NCBI GenBank assembly: GCA_937916465.1
Contig: CALFTK010000021.1
Span: forward strand, 35,297 to 99,296
Direction of reading: 5' to 3'
DNA length: 64,000 nt
Source of the DNA: an uncultured Bacteroidales bacterium
GTDB taxonomy: Bacteria > Bacteroidota > Bacteroidia > Bacteroidales > Bacteroidaceae
Part shown: positions 60,664 to 64,000 of the stretch, piece after piece
Numbering within the stretch: position 1 is the stretch's first letter
How the letters are laid out: each line of letters opens with the position of its first letter
Made by a program: the position numbers and the translations under genes
The notes under the pieces: model-generated
What the model saw: the letters and a program-made list of their open reading frames with translations, nothing else
Database searches by the model: none
Told to the model about the DNA's origin: nothing

Positions 60664-62736
60664 TTAAGGTAATGGCAGTAAACCTTCCCAATGAACATCC
60701 CAATTTCCATCTTTAGGAAAACCCGGGTTCTTCTCGGTGCAACCATCATAACCTGCACACATTAGTGCCATTGCGGTCAGTAATCCGCCGTTTCCCGGCA
60801 GATAGCAACGCAAACTACTGTTCTGGTAGTTGTGCCCATTGGGTAGATATGTGTTTGTTGTAACGTCTTTCAGAAGTGCTTCCACTGCTATCTCAGGTTC
60901 TCCCAAACGTACTGCACACATACTTGTTAGCGGGAAATCCCATCCCCATGTTTTGTTCCAATTCCAATTCTCCATTACCCAATATAGTGTATGGCGCATA
61001 ACTTCCGCATTGAATTGTGGGGAATTTGGTAACATTCCGTATGCAGCTAACACTGCGGGATGGTCAGACGTGAGTTCTATTTGTGAATATGTCTCGGGGT
61101 TTGACTCTGCTGCTGTGTAAAGACCATTGCTTTCTGCCAAACTTGACATCTTTTTAGCCATTTCATCGGCCTTTTTTGCCAATTTCACGTTGGCAATAGC
61201 TCCCATTTTATTGACAGTATTCAAACCATATCTCCAGTATGCAAGTTCAAAAGGTGGGTTGACAGTGGTCTCCGGTTTAAGTGTTTCCTGTGCAGGAATA
61301 CACCCTTTGAGAATATATCTGTCATTTGCGGAATCGTATGTGGCAAAATCAACCATAAATTCTGCCGTCTCTTCCAGTAATGTTTTGTATTTGTCTATGT
61401 TTGAACCACTGCGTTGTAACAGATGGGCTAAATATATAATATGTGGTTGTTGCCAGATAAGGTATGTACCAATATCTGATGGAGTGTCTTTTGCCGATGG
61501 GTCGGTCATTTTCATCCAACGGATACCATTAAAACCCTGTCTTTGCGCAATTGATCGCCCCTCTTCTGCAGCAGACAAGTACCATGGCATGGTCCGTTCA
61601 AGCATTGCACTGCGATTCCATAAGGCAAAATGAGCCTGATGCCACCAAATCATCTCCATGTGAAATTTGCCATACCATGAATTATATGTTAATCCGGTCT
61701 CTTGCGGAGGTGTTGTAGCAGAACACTGTATTGCTGTAAGATATTGTGAAAGTACAACCCTTCGTTCCAATTCTGCCGCCCTTTTGTCTTTACATTTGCT
61801 AAAATCTACAGCTGCTCCATCCTTCCAGAAATTTTTCCAGTGGTTTGCTGCATCAGCAATACAACTTTCTGCTGAATGGCACTTATCCTGAGGATTTTCA
61901 GTGAATAGAACACTGAACTGCCATTCGTCACTGTTGGGAGTAATGGTTATGGTGTTTTTTGCAGTTATTTGTGGCGTATTAGCTTTTTCTGTGGTTATTA
62001 TCAGATAATATGTTGTGTTATCGATGCATCTTTTTACAATAGTAGTGTTGTTGTCCTGTTCTATTATTTCTGTTGTGTGAGGTTTGTCATTACTCCAGTC
62101 AGAAGCATCGTCCGTATGTGCTCCGGTGGGATATGCAAAGCGGATTGTTATGGGCATTTTGATTTTAGACGATATTTGTGCCGATACAATATCGCTTTCA
62201 GGATGTACTACTGTTTTAACATCGACATCTTCTCCTTTTGCTTTGAAATGTGAATGTAGTATGCCATTCCACATGTCCAGAGTTTGTTGTGTTTCTGATA
62301 TATCCTGGGGTAAAAGGTTTGCAAAACCTATGTATCCCAAATGTAGCCTATGAGGATTTGAACGGACATATTCGGCAGCTGCTTTATGTCTGCCTTCTGA
62401 TGCCTGACATGCGTATAATTCTGTTTTTCCGCGCCCAAAATCTTTTGCAACAAGACACTCCCTGAGTGTGTACTCTTCTGTGTTGGGGAAGCTGTGCCAG
62501 CCCCATCCTGACATTGTTCCCAAAGGTATTCCGTTGCAGTACAGTTCCGGATAGGTCTGTAATCCGGTTATATCGGCTGTAAAGGTAAAACCACCGTTAC
62601 CTAATGAAAGTGAAGCCAACGTATCAATCAATGTTATGTGCGGATTGTTTCTGGATACAAGCGCTTTGCGGTCAATTTTTTCTGTACAGCCTATAAGCAG
62701 AACCGCACAGATTATGGTCAGTAATACTTTTTTCAT
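60664..62736 (-). CDS. Secreted lipoprotein, putative glycoside hydrolase of unassigned family
   Basis: 690 aa with the lipobox LLIGCT. It is W/aromatic-rich (WWHQAHFALWNR, LIWQQPHIIYLA), which suggests an alpha/alpha-barrel. The CAZyme neighbourhood is consistent. I did not recognise a family. Confidence 0.35.
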   Translation of the reverse strand: MKKVLLTIICAVLLIGCTEKIDRKALVSRNNPHITLIDTLASLSLGNGGFTFTADITGLQTYPELYCNGIPLGTMSGWGWHSFPNTEEYTLRECLVAKDFGRGKTELYACQASEGRHKAAAEYVRSNPHRLHLGYIGFANLLPQDISETQQTLDMWNGILHSHFKAKGEDVDVKTVVHPESDIVSAQISSKIKMPITIRFAYPTGAHTDDASDWSNDKPHTTEIIEQDNNTTIVKRCIDNTTYYLIITTEKANTPQITAKNTITITPNSDEWQFSVLFTENPQDKCHSAESCIADAANHWKNFWKDGAAVDFSKCKDKRAAELERRVVLSQYLTAIQCSATTPPQETGLTYNSWYGKFHMEMIWWHQAHFALWNRSAMLERTMPWYLSAAEEGRSIAQRQGFNGIRWMKMTDPSAKDTPSDIGTYLIWQQPHIIYLAHLLQRSGSNIDKYKTLLEETAEFMVDFATYDSANDRYILKGCIPAQETLKPETTVNPPFELAYWRYGLNTVNKMGAIANVKLAKKADEMAKKMSSLAESNGLYTAAESNPETYSQIELTSDHPAVLAAYGMLPNSPQFNAEVMRHTLYWVMENWNWNKTWGWDFPLTSMCAVRLGEPEIAVEALLKDVTTNTYLPNGHNYQNSSLRCYLPGNGGLLTAMALMCAGYDGCTEKNPGFPKDGNWDVHWEGLLPLP

Positions 62737-62838
62737 AAATGCAAACTTAATCTATTGATTCCAATCTCCCAAATATCTAATTGAAAATAGAACTATAAAT
62801 ATTTGTAGTAACTTGGTTGGGTTTTTAAGAAAATCTTA

Positions 62839-62846
62839 TAATTTTG
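62839..62846 (+). promoter_or_regulatory. -7 promoter box (TAATTTTG)
   Basis: TAnnTTTG match 35 nt upstream of the ATG at 62881. Confidence 0.4.
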
Positions 62847-62880
62847 CAACGGCTCTGAAACCGTAAAAACAATTTTAACC

Positions 62881-63762
62881 ATGAAACAAATTAAAAGTTT
62901 GTGTATGCTATTTGCCATTACATTGGCAATGGCTTCGTGCGAGAAGCAAACAGTTCAGTTGCTTCCCGACAAAGTGAGTAACAAAGTGACATTCAAAGTG
63001 TCAAGTTTTGAACAGATTCCATTCGGTACATCTACAAAGGCTGGTAGTGCGCAGACTCTTGAAGAACTCTGCTCAAAAATCAATTTTGCCGTTTTTGAAG
63101 GCGAAACCAAAGAACAGAGTATTGTACAGAATGTTGGAGACGAAGGATTTGGTACAATCTCTCTCTATCTGAAGCAGGGTACGCATAAAGTGGTGGTTAT
63201 AGCCCATAATGGTGATGCAAGTGCTACCATATCGTCACCCAATGAAGTATCTTTCAGTAATAAAGTGACAAACAAGATGACAGATACCTTCTACTATTAT
63301 GGCGAAATTACAGTAGGTAAGGATGAACAGACCTATAACCTGAATCTGGAACGTGCAGTTGCAATGGTTCGTTTCAATATTGCAGATGATTATCCTGAAG
63401 GCGTAACTCAGATGAAGTTCTACTATTCCGGTGGTAGTAGCACACTCGATGCAACTACCGGTTTAGGCTGCGTAAACAGTAAGCAGACCGAATTGTTTAC
63501 TGTAAATCCTGATATGAAGCGTTTTGAAATGTTTACCTTTCCTCATGCAGTAAAAGATACGTTGAAAATGACAGTCTCTGCTCTGGATGTTAACGAAAAT
63601 ATCATTAAGGAGCGCGAATTTGCCGAAGTGCCGGTAACTCAGAATATGATAACCAGTTATACAGGCAATTTTTTCGTAGGTGAAACCTCTTCTTATACCA
63701 TGAGTCAGGTTGCAATCTCTGCAAATGGTGAATGGGCAGGCGAAAATGAAATAGAGTACTAA
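62881..63762 (+). CDS. Lipoprotein, possibly a FimB/Mfa2-type fimbrial anchor subunit
   Basis: 293 aa with the lipobox LAMASCE. Size and beta-rich composition resemble Bacteroidales type V pilus accessory subunits. Confidence 0.35.
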   Translation: MKQIKSLCMLFAITLAMASCEKQTVQLLPDKVSNKVTFKVSSFEQIPFGTSTKAGSAQTLEELCSKINFAVFEGETKEQSIVQNVGDEGFGTISLYLKQGTHKVVVIAHNGDASATISSPNEVSFSNKVTNKMTDTFYYYGEITVGKDEQTYNLNLERAVAMVRFNIADDYPEGVTQMKFYYSGGSSTLDATTGLGCVNSKQTELFTVNPDMKRFEMFTFPHAVKDTLKMTVSALDVNENIIKEREFAEVPVTQNMITSYTGNFFVGETSSYTMSQVAISANGEWAGENEIEY

Positions 63763-63787
63763 TAATAACCTTGTGTTTTAGAGCCGG

Positions 63788-63821
63788 AGTCGCAAAATGT
63801 TACGTTTTGCGACTTTTTTTT
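63788..63821 (+). terminator. Rho-independent terminator
   Basis: Stem agtcgcaaaa/ttttgcgact with a 7-nt loop, followed by a T-run. Confidence 0.6.
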
Positions 63822-63852
63822 ACTATTTTACAATCCTTTATATTTTTTATTA

Positions 63853-63860
63853 TACTTTTG
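63853..63860 (+). promoter_or_regulatory. -7 promoter box (TACTTTTG)
   Basis: TAnnTTTG match 27 nt upstream of the ATG at 63887. Confidence 0.4.
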
Positions 63861-63886
63861 TTGCAAGAACTATTATTTATGCAAAT

Positions 63887-64000
63887 ATGAAAGAAACTCT
63901 AAAACTATCAATCTTCGCGGGAATATCTATTTCATTGGGTGGTGCAGTTTTTTTGAATGTAGGAGGTGTAGCCGGTGCTGTACTCTTTGCCTTTGGCTTG
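63887..64000 (+). CDS. Membrane protein, N-terminal fragment (formate/nitrite-transporter-like?); runs off the right edge
   Basis: My translation is MKETLKLSIFAGISISLGGAVFLNVGGVAGAVLFAFGL. It is hydrophobic and glycine-rich. Confidence 0.3.
   Translation, partial: MKETLKLSIFAGISISLGGAVFLNVGGVAGAVLFAFGL

Overview
The window looks like a Bacteroidales (Bacteroidota) chromosome segment. Supporting signs are Bacteroides-type TAnnTTTG -7 promoter boxes ahead of most operons, almost no Shine-Dalgarno sequences, a TonB-dependent receptor, and CAZyme genes. Most of it is ordinary housekeeping: ybeY, topA, aroK, argB, ribF, parE, coaD, purH, mreBCD-mrdA-rodA, holB, class I fumarase, hflX and rsmI, plus scattered glycan-degradation genes (GH9, CE15, GH28). 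The exception is a roughly 12.9 kb accessory island directly 3' of a tRNA(CAT) gene. The last 20 nt of the tRNA are duplicated 136 bp downstream. A perfect 82-bp direct repeat (12902-12983 and 25843-25924) brackets the whole island. The island appears to be one tightly packed plus-strand operon: XRE HTH, a GIY-YIG/DUF4357 protein, a 427-aa proteasome-beta/HslV-like Ntn-hydrolase homologue with large insertions, a 58-aa smORF, hsdR, hsdM, a DUF1016 (YhcG) PD-(D/E)xK nuclease and hsdS. It is followed by a decayed DUF2188 gene, a small tyrosine recombinase and two silent hsdS cassettes joined by three inverted-repeat pairs (a nested shufflon, predicted 2 x 3 specificities). The four genes ahead of hsdR are the best candidate for an undescribed system, possibly a defence or guard module riding on a phase-variable type I R-M. 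All protein calls come from reading motifs by eye; no database search was possible.
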